Shown here: positions 9,458 to 17,233 of the stretch, piece by piece
How the letters are laid out: each line of letters begins with the position of its first letter
Numbering within the stretch: position 1 is the stretch's first letter
NCBI GenBank assembly: GCA_030587365.2
Contig: JAUQZE020000364.1
Coordinates: 1-27,324, forward strand
Source: Candidatus Freyarchaeota archaeon
GTDB lineage: Archaea; Asgardarchaeota; Jordiarchaeia; Jordiarchaeales; Jordiarchaeaceae
Reading direction: 5' to 3'
DNA length: 27,324 nucleotides
Notes under the pieces: generated by a model
The model's database searches: none
Told to the model about the DNA's origin: nothing
What the model saw: only the letters and a program-made list of their open reading frames with translations
Position numbers and translations under genes: made by a program

Positions 9458-9619
9458 ATGGTAGCAGTTTGTGAAACAATGACAAAAAAGCCCTTGTGTT
9501 ATTTCTGCAAGGGCGAAACAGACCATTATTGTGAAGACTGTGGGCGTCCGGTATGTGGAGCTCATAGCGTAACCTGCGAGTTTTGCGGCAAACATTTGTG
9601 TTTAAACTGTGATTCTTAA
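9458..9619 (+). CDS. Small Cys-rich (multi CxxC/CxxH) putative zinc-binding protein, 53 aa
   Basis: MVAVCETMTKKPLCYFCKGETDHYCEDCGRPVCGAHSVTCEFCGKHLCLNCDS contains five CxxC/CxxH pairs. Start moved from 9368 to ATG 9458, with GGTGA upstream. Confidence 0.55.
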   Translation: MVAVCETMTKKPLCYFCKGETDHYCEDCGRPVCGAHSVTCEFCGKHLCLNCDS

Positions 9620-9657
9620 ACTGTTACCAAGCAACCTAATAAGTAACCGTCCAATTT

Positions 9658-11661
9658 TTAAGTTAGATGTTTACTGACGTATACCATATTATCTTCTACT
9701 TTTACCATTCCTGCTCTTTCAAGCCAAGCAAGATTGGCGCGTACTTGGACTGGAGCTATTCCCGTCGCTTTAATCAGGCTATCTATGCTGATTTTTTTGA
9801 GGCTTTCAATTATAAAGTATATTTTGAACCGAGGATCAAGTACCATGGCCTCCCTGTATTTCTCTAATTGTTCTTCGCGAATCTTCTTTTCTCTTTCAAG
9901 TTCTTCTTTCATTTTTTCCATTTCTTTAGCTTTAGTCTCAAGCTCCTTAACTTTGGCTTCTATCTCATCCTTCCTAACAAATATTTGCTTCTGGATTATT
10001 TGCATCTCGTCTTTTAGCGCTTTTATTTCTTCTTCCTTCAAGCGCAATTGGCTTTCCTTTTGTCTGATTAAAGCTGCGTTGCCCTCAATGTCACTTTTCA
10101 AGTTTTCGATTTCAGAGCGCAGTCCTGCAGCGTCACTCTCAAGTTGCTCTAAGAGCTTTTGGGCGTCTCTAAGCCTATCTTCCTTAAGTTCCAAGTCTTT
10201 GCGGCTATCCTCAATTAGGCTTTTTAGCCTTTCTACTTCTCTTTCTTTCAGTTTGAGCATATTTGCCCCTTCGGCTATGAAGGCGTCTCTCTCTTTAACC
10301 ATGCTCTCCAGGTTTTTGATTTGCTGGTTAAATTTGGACAGCTCAAGCTGTGCACCCTCCAATTTCTCCTCTAGTTCCGCTGCTCTCCCTCTTTCAGTTT
10401 CAAGTGTCATCTGAAGTCTTGACAGCTCTTTGCTTGTGGACTCCAACTCAAATCTTACTTTTTCCAGCTCCTCCCTCTTTGCGGTTAACTCTTTTTCTTT
10501 TTCTTGAAGTTCTTTGCTCTTTGCCGCAAGCTGGGTGTTAGTTACTTCTAAGGCCTTCTCCCTCTCTAAAAGATATTTGGTTCTCTCATCCAGCATCTTC
10601 TCTTTTTCTTTAAGTTGGGAGTTAAGTTCCTGTATGCGGGCTCTAGCTTCTGCTTCCTCCTCCTCAAGTTTTTTAGCCTCTAACCGTGCCTTTTCATATT
10701 TTTCTAACAGATCTCCCGAGCGACTTTTTTCTTCGTCCAACAATTTCTTTAGATTATTATACTCCTGCCGCGCGTTCTCAAGTTCTTTTTCGATTTTTTC
10801 TAGGCTGACTCGTTTTTGGTCCAGTTCACGGGTTTTTTCTTCTAATAATTTTTCTCTCTCTTTGAGCTTTTCACTAGTTTCTTCGAAAATTTTCTCTCTT
10901 TCAAGAAGCTGGCTGTTTAGCTCCTCCACTCTCTGTCTAACTTCCTTCTCCTTACTCTCAAGTTTTTTAATTTCTTGCTCCGCGTTTTCGAGTTTTTCAA
11001 GAAGCGTTCGGGACTTCAGTTTTTCCTCCTCATATTTCTCTAAAGCAGACTTCATTTGGGATTCTACAGAATCCAACTCTGCTCTTTTCTGTTCTAGGCT
11101 GCTCTTTACCTCTTCTAATTCTCTTCTCCTAGTTTCCAGCTCTCTGTCTTTTTCTTCGAGTTCCTTTACCTTTTCTACTAAGGCTAGAGTGTTCTTTTTC
11201 AAAAGGGCTTCTCGCTCCGCGAGTTGCTTATCAAACTGTCTAATTGTTTCATTAACTTTTTCCCTCTCTCCTTCAAGAACGGTAGAAAAATTTTTGGCGA
11301 ACTTGTTTATAGCTTCTCTAAAGACTTGCATTTCACCTTCAATAGCATTGGAGAGATTTTGCATGGCTTGTTCTCTAACTTCATCAACGACTTCTGATAC
11401 CGTGTCAACAAATGTGTATTTTATTAGTTCTGAAGCAAATCGAATGTGAACCTTAGCAACTAAACGCTCACTCACTAAATCCTTCATATTAAGGATATTC
11501 TCCTTTAAATTCTCCAAACTTCCTGAAATCGCAGCATCCAACCCAAGTCTTACATCGTCTACCGCAGATTCCAAGTCGCTAAGGTTTTTACGCAGCAAAT
11601 CAGCAGAATAGAAACCCTCAACCTTTAAATCACCTGCTTTTGAACGATTTTCTTCCTGCAT
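9658..11661 (-). CDS. Large coiled-coil protein (667 aa) with internal ~100-aa tandem repeats and a C-terminal winged-helix-like domain
   Basis: About 450 aa of heptad-like E/K/L-rich sequence. Repeat units share ...EKYEEEKLKSRTLLEKLENAEQEIKKLESKEKEVRQRVEELNSQLLEREKIFEE... versus ...EKSRSGDLLEKYEKARLEAKKLEEEEAEARARIQELNSQLKEKEKMLDE.... The C-terminus ISIDSLIKATGIAPVQVRANLAWLERAGMVKVEDNMVYV looks like a wHTH. AGGAG Shine-Dalgarno upstream. Confidence 0.8.
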   Translation of the reverse strand: MQEENRSKAGDLKVEGFYSADLLRKNLSDLESAVDDVRLGLDAAISGSLENLKENILNMKDLVSERLVAKVHIRFASELIKYTFVDTVSEVVDEVREQAMQNLSNAIEGEMQVFREAINKFAKNFSTVLEGEREKVNETIRQFDKQLAEREALLKKNTLALVEKVKELEEKDRELETRRRELEEVKSSLEQKRAELDSVESQMKSALEKYEEEKLKSRTLLEKLENAEQEIKKLESKEKEVRQRVEELNSQLLEREKIFEETSEKLKEREKLLEEKTRELDQKRVSLEKIEKELENARQEYNNLKKLLDEEKSRSGDLLEKYEKARLEAKKLEEEEAEARARIQELNSQLKEKEKMLDERTKYLLEREKALEVTNTQLAAKSKELQEKEKELTAKREELEKVRFELESTSKELSRLQMTLETERGRAAELEEKLEGAQLELSKFNQQIKNLESMVKERDAFIAEGANMLKLKEREVERLKSLIEDSRKDLELKEDRLRDAQKLLEQLESDAAGLRSEIENLKSDIEGNAALIRQKESQLRLKEEEIKALKDEMQIIQKQIFVRKDEIEAKVKELETKAKEMEKMKEELEREKKIREEQLEKYREAMVLDPRFKIYFIIESLKKISIDSLIKATGIAPVQVRANLAWLERAGMVKVEDNMVYVSKHLT

Positions 11662-11775
11662 CCCGCTATCTCCTAGAAGTAGTATTTATTATAAATATGG
11701 GGTTCTAGACCATTTAAAGTTTTATAAAAAATTACGTGGACGTCGCATTTTCAGAAGAATTATGAAAAGCCCCTA

Positions 11776-11818
11776 TTTTTCCGCCGCATTTTATGGCATG
11801 AGCTTACCGGCGGAAAAA
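11776..11818. repeat. 11-bp perfect inverted repeat TTTTTCCGCCG / CGGCGGAAAAA with a 21-nt loop, in a 550-bp ORF-free divergent intergenic region
   Basis: Read directly: 11776-11786 pairs with 11808-11818. GGCGG at 11858-11862 offers an alternative partner for CCGCC. Confidence 0.35.
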
Positions 11819-12085
11819 CGTCCTTATTTTGGGATTTTTGCCCCTTTGACAAAAAAGGCGGAGCTTTGCCCCTTGATGGTAGATTATTGGGTGTGGAAGC
11901 GACGATAACAAACCTTAATACCCTGAAGCGTTTTATACGGTAGTTAACTATTAGAATTGCAATGTTTATACTGTGAAAAATTGAAAAATTCCTAATTATT
12001 TGAAGATTGCCATCAGAAAAAGTTTAATCCCTTCTAAAACATTGTAATATGAGAAAATTTTGTTAATCAAAAAGAGAAAAGGATA

Positions 12086-12156
12086 CCCGAAATCGATGAA
12101 GCAAACCGGCAAGAATGACCTATGGGGATGATTGATTATAGTTACGCTGAGACGGG
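12086..12156 (+). ncRNA. Box C/D sRNA candidate; the D-guide is complementary to the 23S rRNA helix-69 sequence
   Basis: Terminal stem CCCG (12086-89) / CGGG (12153-56). C box UCGAUGA (12093-99). D' AUGA (12115-18). C' AUGAUUGA (12128-35). Guide TTATAGTTACG (12136-46). D box CUGA (12147-50). The guide is the exact reverse complement of CGUAACUAUAA. Confidence 0.5.
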
Positions 12157-12210
12157 AAATACTCCTAATAAATTCAAAATATCTGTTTTCACTCCATTAA
12201 TCATAGATTA

Positions 12211-12687
12211 GTGACGATAATGATTACTAGATCTGACACAAGGGGTGTTTACTCCCTAATAATAGAAATCACTAGTGGAACGCGAATTCAGGTAGGCAGC
12301 TTGGGGGTAATCAAACTTCCAGCTGGGTTTTATGTGTATACTGGATCTGCCATGGGTAAGGGATCCAGTGGTTTGGAGGGTAGAATAAAGAGGCATCTTT
12401 CAGATAAGAAGAATAATTTTTGGCACATTGATTATCTTCTTGCAGATAACGACTCAAAAATTGTTGGTGTAATTTTTGCTGAAGCTCTAAAAAACAGAGA
12501 GCATGATGTGGTGAGGGAGCTTAAGAAATATGGAGAAGTGATTTGTAAAAAATTCGGTGCAAGTGACTGCAAAAGGAGTTGTGTAAGCCATTTACTTTAT
12601 GTGAGCCGAAACCTAAGCGAAATTTTAGATATCCTAAGGGAAACCTACAAAAAACTTGACCTAGAACCCATGACCATAATATTTTAA
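12211..12687 (+). CDS. DUF123-type protein (GIY-YIG/Uri nuclease superfamily-like)
   Basis: GVYSLII...GFYVYTGSAMG...LEGRIKRHLS...NFWHIDYLL matches the remembered DUF123 signature (GxYxYxGSA ... RxxRH ... HWHIDY). The start is either GTG 12211 or ATG 12220. Confidence 0.75.
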   Translation: MTIMITRSDTRGVYSLIIEITSGTRIQVGSLGVIKLPAGFYVYTGSAMGKGSSGLEGRIKRHLSDKKNNFWHIDYLLADNDSKIVGVIFAEALKNREHDVVRELKKYGEVICKKFGASDCKRSCVSHLLYVSRNLSEILDILRETYKKLDLEPMTIIF

Positions 12688-12912
12688 AGAGGAGCTTGGT
12701 AAAGATTAAAGGACGGCTTTTATGGCTTCTCCTGTTAGAACTGGTGTCGTTGAGAATCCTTCTCCCCACTTCCGTTGCCGAAAAATAGAGATATACCCTC
12801 ACTTAGCACTGGTTTTAAGCTCAAACCACAGGACTTTTTATGTACTTTTGAGTACACATTAAAGGAAATACTCGGTTGACTAAGCCACAAGTGCTGTGTT
12901 TTCGTTATAGTT

Positions 12913-13992
12913 TCATTTTTCTATAATTGTCTCCTCTATGGATTTTCCAAAGTGTCGCCCGCCTGTAATGGTGTAAATCAGAATTTCGTCCCCCTTTTTT
13001 AGTTTTGCAACAGAAACAGGTTTTCCGTCCTTGTCCACTAAGTTTACTGTTTCAGCGTTTTGAACCAGCGTTTTAAAACTCTTTCTATCTAATTCCACCT
13101 TAACAATTAGTAGGGGCCTCTTTTCTATCTTTACACGTCCCACAACAACTTCTCGGCAATTTCCCTGATAGTCAACTGCAAGTACGTTGTCCCCTGCTTC
13201 AAGTTCCGAAAGATACTTTGTTTTTCCGTCCGCCATCAATACATATGCGTGAACCGCTCCTGCATTCACTCTGAAGGGTCTGGGTGTTGCGAATTCTGTT
13301 TGAAGGGTCTCGCTATGGATGAGGAACAAGCCTTGGGATTGGCTTCCTACCAGCATGCCTTCACCTTCTTTGAGAAGTGAACAGGTATCTATGCAGACGC
13401 GGTCCCCCGATCCTACCTCATTTACCTCCACAACTTTTGCTGCGGTCAATTCCAGTCTTTTGGGCATCTCAATTATCTTCTTTAGTTCAGTTATTTCTTT
13501 GGCAGTTTTGGGTGTGAAGACCACCCCGTCGACTCCGATTTCCAGAGTTTGGAAAAGGGTTTTCGCTTCCTCCAAGTTTCTGGCCTCAGCATATAGCTCT
13601 GTGGCGGATTTGTGGAGTTCTGCAATCAAGTTTTCTATGGGAATTATTTTCCAGTCTTCAGTTTCCACAATAATATATGGGACCCCCATTTTAGAAAGTT
13701 CAGAGACTTTTTCTTCGTCCTTCTTAGTTTTTATGTTTACCCAACACGCTACTCTTTTTTCACGCTCCATGATTCTTAGAACCTTTTCGGGACTGGTCTC
13801 TGTAACAATTAGTACATCTGGTTTGGGATTCTCGGAGGGGGAAAAAACAGTCACCGAACCTAGTTGCTTGAGTTGAGGCATGACTGATTTGTCTGCTACG
13901 AAGGCGTTTATCCCGCTGGTCATTGAAGTTACAGCTAGCTCCTTAATGTTCTCCCAGCTACCATTTAGTCGTATTATTATCCTCTTCATCAC
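12913..13992 (-). CDS. aroB': 3-dehydroquinate synthase II (archaeal, DKFP pathway)
   Basis: 359 aa with GVDGVVF and RPFRVNAGAVHAYV, as in archaeal DHQ synthase II. There is a 4-nt GTGA start/stop overlap with aroA'. Confidence 0.88.
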   Translation of the reverse strand: MMKRIIIRLNGSWENIKELAVTSMTSGINAFVADKSVMPQLKQLGSVTVFSPSENPKPDVLIVTETSPEKVLRIMEREKRVACWVNIKTKKDEEKVSELSKMGVPYIIVETEDWKIIPIENLIAELHKSATELYAEARNLEEAKTLFQTLEIGVDGVVFTPKTAKEITELKKIIEMPKRLELTAAKVVEVNEVGSGDRVCIDTCSLLKEGEGMLVGSQSQGLFLIHSETLQTEFATPRPFRVNAGAVHAYVLMADGKTKYLSELEAGDNVLAVDYQGNCREVVVGRVKIEKRPLLIVKVELDRKSFKTLVQNAETVNLVDKDGKPVSVAKLKKGDEILIYTITGGRHFGKSIEETIIEK

Positions 13993-14771
13993 TTTGACCC
14001 CAAGATTTCTAGTGCTTCCTCCACCGAGATTCCCTTTTTAACTATTTCTGATACCGCTCTTACAAAGGCTGTGGGGTTCGAGTGTTGGAATGCGTTTCTC
14101 CCCATAGCCACGCCTATGGCTCCTGCTTCCATGGAATCCTTAACCATTTGAAGCGCTTCACGGTCAGTCTCTGTTTTAGGTCCTCCCGCAATAATAATAG
14201 GCACTGGGCACCCCTCAACCACCTTTGAAAAGGTGTCTACTTTTCCTGTGAACGGCGTTTTTATAATGTCTGCTCCTAGCTCCGCTCCTATTCTTGAAGC
14301 GTGGGCGATTACCTTTGGATCAAATGCATCAATATTTTTCCCCCGGGGATACATCATGGCAATGAGGGGCATTTGCCAATCCTCACACTCCGTTGATATC
14401 TGACCTAGATCCTTTAGCATCTCTGGTTCCCTTTCACTTCCAATGTTAACATGTATGGAAACTGCATCTACGCCAAGTTTTACTGCCTCCTCCACTGTAC
14501 CTACAATCACTTTCCAGTTAGGATCCGGTCCTAAAGCGGTGCTCCCCGAAATATGCATTATTAGCCCACAATTGGGTGCTTTCTCTAGCTGTTTGATAAT
14601 ACCTTTGTGAAGCAAAACTGCTGTTGCTCCACCTTTCGAAACTAGTTCCACCATGCCCCTAATATTTTCAAGTCCCTTAATTGGCCCATTGGTAACTCCA
14701 TGATCCATGGGAATTATGACAGATCTGTTGTTTTCCATTATTCGCCTCAATCTAAGTTCTTTTCCTTTCAT
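13989..14771 (-). CDS. aroA': 2-amino-3,7-dideoxy-D-threo-hept-6-ulosonate (ADH) synthase, class I aldolase (DhnA) family
   Basis: Motifs VIIPMDHGVTNGP, ADIIKTPF (Schiff-base Lys region) and GRNAFQH. Operon context with aroB'. Confidence 0.85.
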   Translation of the reverse strand: MKGKELRLRRIMENNRSVIIPMDHGVTNGPIKGLENIRGMVELVSKGGATAVLLHKGIIKQLEKAPNCGLIMHISGSTALGPDPNWKVIVGTVEEAVKLGVDAVSIHVNIGSEREPEMLKDLGQISTECEDWQMPLIAMMYPRGKNIDAFDPKVIAHASRIGAELGADIIKTPFTGKVDTFSKVVEGCPVPIIIAGGPKTETDREALQMVKDSMEAGAIGVAMGRNAFQHSNPTAFVRAVSEIVKKGISVEEALEILGSK

Positions 14772-14782
14772 TTTTTATCATC

Positions 14783-15844
14783 TCACAAAAGTTTTTTTGC
14801 GTATAAAAGTTCAGCATTAAGAACTACGGCTCCAGCTGCGCCTCTAATAGTGTTATGGCTAATTAGAGTCAAAAGTAGATGATTCTCATCGAATCCCTGC
14901 CTTACTCTTCCTACTGTAACACTCATTCCTGGAACTGTACCTGCCATACGATCCAATCTTGGCTGAGGTCTATCTTCCTCTTCTCTAACTATTATGGGCT
15001 TTTTGGGAGCCGAGGGTAAATTCAGTTTTTGGGGTTCGCCTTTAAATTCACTGAGAACTTTTTTGGCTTCTTCAACATCTACTGGCTCCTTAGTTTTGAT
15101 GAAGACGGTTTCTGTGTGCCCATCAATTACTGGTACCCTGTTACACGAAACCGCTATTTTGAAATCTGCAAATTTAACCTCTCCATCCTTGAGTTTACCC
15201 AAAATTTTTAGGTTTTCAGTCATCACTTTTTTCTCTTCATCTTTGATATATGGAATTATGTTATCCGTGATTAGTAATCCAGGGACGCCGGGGAGGCCCG
15301 CTCCGGAAATGGCCTGCATGGTACTTACATATACTGTATCGAGTCCGAAGCGGTCATAAATGGGTTTAAGAACCATAGCCAAACCAATGGTCGTGCAGTT
15401 GGGGTCAGTTACTATGTAACCATCCCACTCTCTATTTTCTTTCTGGACTTCTATTAATTGAAGATGGTCCGGGTTTACCTCTGGAATAACTAGGGGCACA
15501 TCTTTTTCCATCCTGTAGGCGCTGGCGTTGCTGGCAACTACACAACCTGCCTCCGCAAAGTTCTTCTCAACCTCTTTTGCTATTTCTGAAGGCAGGGCTG
15601 AGAAAACTAGGTGCGCCTCTGTTTCTCGGGGGTCGGTATTTACAACTGTCATATCTTTTATTTCCTCAGGAATGTCTATGGGGAGGTGCCAGTTTACAGC
15701 CGCCTCCTTGTATTTTTTACTAGCTGATCTTTCCGAAGCTGCGATGGAGACAATGTTAAACCACGGATGGTTGTAAACCATTTCTATTAGTCTTTGGCCC
15801 ACGGTGCCTGTGCAGCCCAAAATTGAGACATCTATCTTTTTCAA
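14783..15844 (-). CDS. asd: Aspartate-semialdehyde dehydrogenase
   Basis: Motifs [20 protein letters not shown] (catalytic Cys) and AISGAG. The TTG start overlaps the lysC stop (TTGA). GGAGGT Shine-Dalgarno upstream. Confidence 0.92.
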   Translation of the reverse strand: MKKIDVSILGCTGTVGQRLIEMVYNHPWFNIVSIAASERSASKKYKEAAVNWHLPIDIPEEIKDMTVVNTDPRETEAHLVFSALPSEIAKEVEKNFAEAGCVVASNASAYRMEKDVPLVIPEVNPDHLQLIEVQKENREWDGYIVTDPNCTTIGLAMVLKPIYDRFGLDTVYVSTMQAISGAGLPGVPGLLITDNIIPYIKDEEKKVMTENLKILGKLKDGEVKFADFKIAVSCNRVPVIDGHTETVFIKTKEPVDVEEAKKVLSEFKGEPQKLNLPSAPKKPIIVREEEDRPQPRLDRMAGTVPGMSVTVGRVRQGFDENHLLLTLISHNTIRGAAGAVVLNAELLYAKKLL

Positions 15845-17076
15845 TCTTTAACCTCCAGATTTGTTTTTATTAGTTCAGCTGCCTTTTCTTTTTCTTTTTG
15901 ATTCACAAAAATTCTCACACTTGAGCTGATGGTCAGAATTCCAAAAATGTTGATTTTCGCTTTTCCGAGGAGACTCGCAACTGTATCAACTATGCCGGGT
16001 GAGGTTTCCAAATTTCCGCCCTTAACAGTAATCATTGAAAGATTCTCGAAGAGGGAAATCGCCTTACCTAACCCTTTTTCTCTAATTGTCCTGTGGATTG
16101 CGTTTACTACTTTTTTAGTATTTTCGCCAGATATGTATAATATTAGAGATAAAGGCTCTAAAGCTGCGGATAAAATTTTTCCTCCCGCCTCTCTCACCGC
16201 TGAGAGGATGGAGAATAATGCTTCGGGTTTAACAGCCTCTTCTCCAACTACTGTTACCATGGAAACATTGGTATCGCTGGCTAAAACTTCCAGTTCTGGG
16301 AAACCTGAACCTGTTATTACTGTTCCGGTAGCTGCTAGGTCTCCATTTTGAAAACCGACAATTCTTATCAGCATATCTCGAGGCTTGAACCATAAGGCCT
16401 TGGGGTGAATTATTTTGGCTCCCGCTGAGGTGAGTCTAACCACCTCCTCTGTGTCTAGTGACTTTATGAGGGCAGTGCTTTCAATAAAGTCGGGGTCTCC
16501 CGTGAGAACGCCTTCCACATCCTTAACCAAAATTACTTCTTTGGCCGCCAAACAGTTTCCAATCAGTACTGCAGACGTATCACTTCCACCACGTCCCAGT
16601 GTGGTGATTTGGCCTTGAAGAGTCTTCCCCAGAAATCCACATACAACTGGAACGACCTGATTCTCTATCAAAGGAGTTAATTTTTCTACTACTGCCTTTT
16701 TTGTTTCCTTAACAAGGGGGTCTGCGTCTCCGAAGCGGTCGTTTGTAAAAATAGGCCAATACTCGGAGTAAGGATCTATAGAAATACTCTTGACTCCTGC
16801 AGATCTCAGCGCCGAGGCCATTAGGCGGGCCGCCACCCTTTCACCCATAGAAAGTATCTCATCCAGTTCCGCTGAGCTTATATTTCCCTCAGTAGATCCT
16901 TCTGCTAACCTTAATAACTGGTCGGTGGTTCCCTTCAGAGCAGATACAACCACCACTACGTTCCTACCTTTACTGGTTTCCGCAACTACCATCTTAGCTG
17001 CTCTCACTAAGTCCTCACTGGTGGACAAACAAGAACCGCCAAATTTAACCACGATGGTATTGTCTGTATTCAACAT
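15841..17076 (-). CDS. lysC: Aspartate kinase with a C-terminal ACT-type regulatory region
   Basis: Motifs [11 protein letters not shown] and [14 protein letters not shown]. The C-terminal ~130 aa has the ACT-like pattern (VSMVTVVG..., LSMITVKG...). Confidence 0.9.
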   Translation of the reverse strand: MLNTDNTIVVKFGGSCLSTSEDLVRAAKMVVAETSKGRNVVVVVSALKGTTDQLLRLAEGSTEGNISSAELDEILSMGERVAARLMASALRSAGVKSISIDPYSEYWPIFTNDRFGDADPLVKETKKAVVEKLTPLIENQVVPVVCGFLGKTLQGQITTLGRGGSDTSAVLIGNCLAAKEVILVKDVEGVLTGDPDFIESTALIKSLDTEEVVRLTSAGAKIIHPKALWFKPRDMLIRIVGFQNGDLAATGTVITGSGFPELEVLASDTNVSMVTVVGEEAVKPEALFSILSAVREAGGKILSAALEPLSLILYISGENTKKVVNAIHRTIREKGLGKAISLFENLSMITVKGGNLETSPGIVDTVASLLGKAKINIFGILTISSSVRIFVNQKEKEKAAELIKTNLEVKD

Positions 17077-17142
17077 AAAATCCCTCTAAAAACAGTTTTC
17101 GTTTGAATTTTTCAGAAATCAAATCTAAACTAAAAACAGCAT

Positions 17143-17233
17143 GTTGGCAAGGGCTTAGAGCTAAATAAATTGGCAGGGCATCACCGCGCCACCACGTCCA
17201 AGTTCGCTCCATAGATATTGGCAGGGCATCACC
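17143..17233. repeat. Direct repeats upstream of the lysC operon. ATTGGCAGGGCATCACC occurs twice (17169-17185 and 17217-17233), with a degenerate third copy GTTGGCAAGGGCT (17143-17155). Candidate operator or cis-element.
   Basis: Read directly. The perfect 17-mers are 48 bp apart, and the set lies 67-157 nt upstream of the lysC ATG (17076). Confidence 0.5.

Noticed and set aside
9667-11449. Long + strand ORFs (66, 226, 63 and 311 aa) rich in S/L/F, lying opposite the coiled-coil gene.
   Set aside because: They are an antisense artefact. The reverse complements of GAA/GAG/AAG/CTT-rich codons lack stop codons. The translations are low-complexity and have no Shine-Dalgarno or start context.
11870-11930. 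A possible second C/D sRNA (TGATGGT ... GACGATA ... CTGA).
   Set aside because: The box strings are too degenerate, the spacings do not fit 12-nt guides, and neither putative guide matches any conserved rRNA or tRNA string I can recall.
17169-17233. The two 17-nt repeats separated by a 31-nt spacer, considered as a mini-CRISPR array.
   Set aside because: There are only two exact copies, the repeat is far shorter than CRISPR repeats, no cas genes or leader are present, and the position is a promoter/leader region. An operator or cis-element is more plausible.
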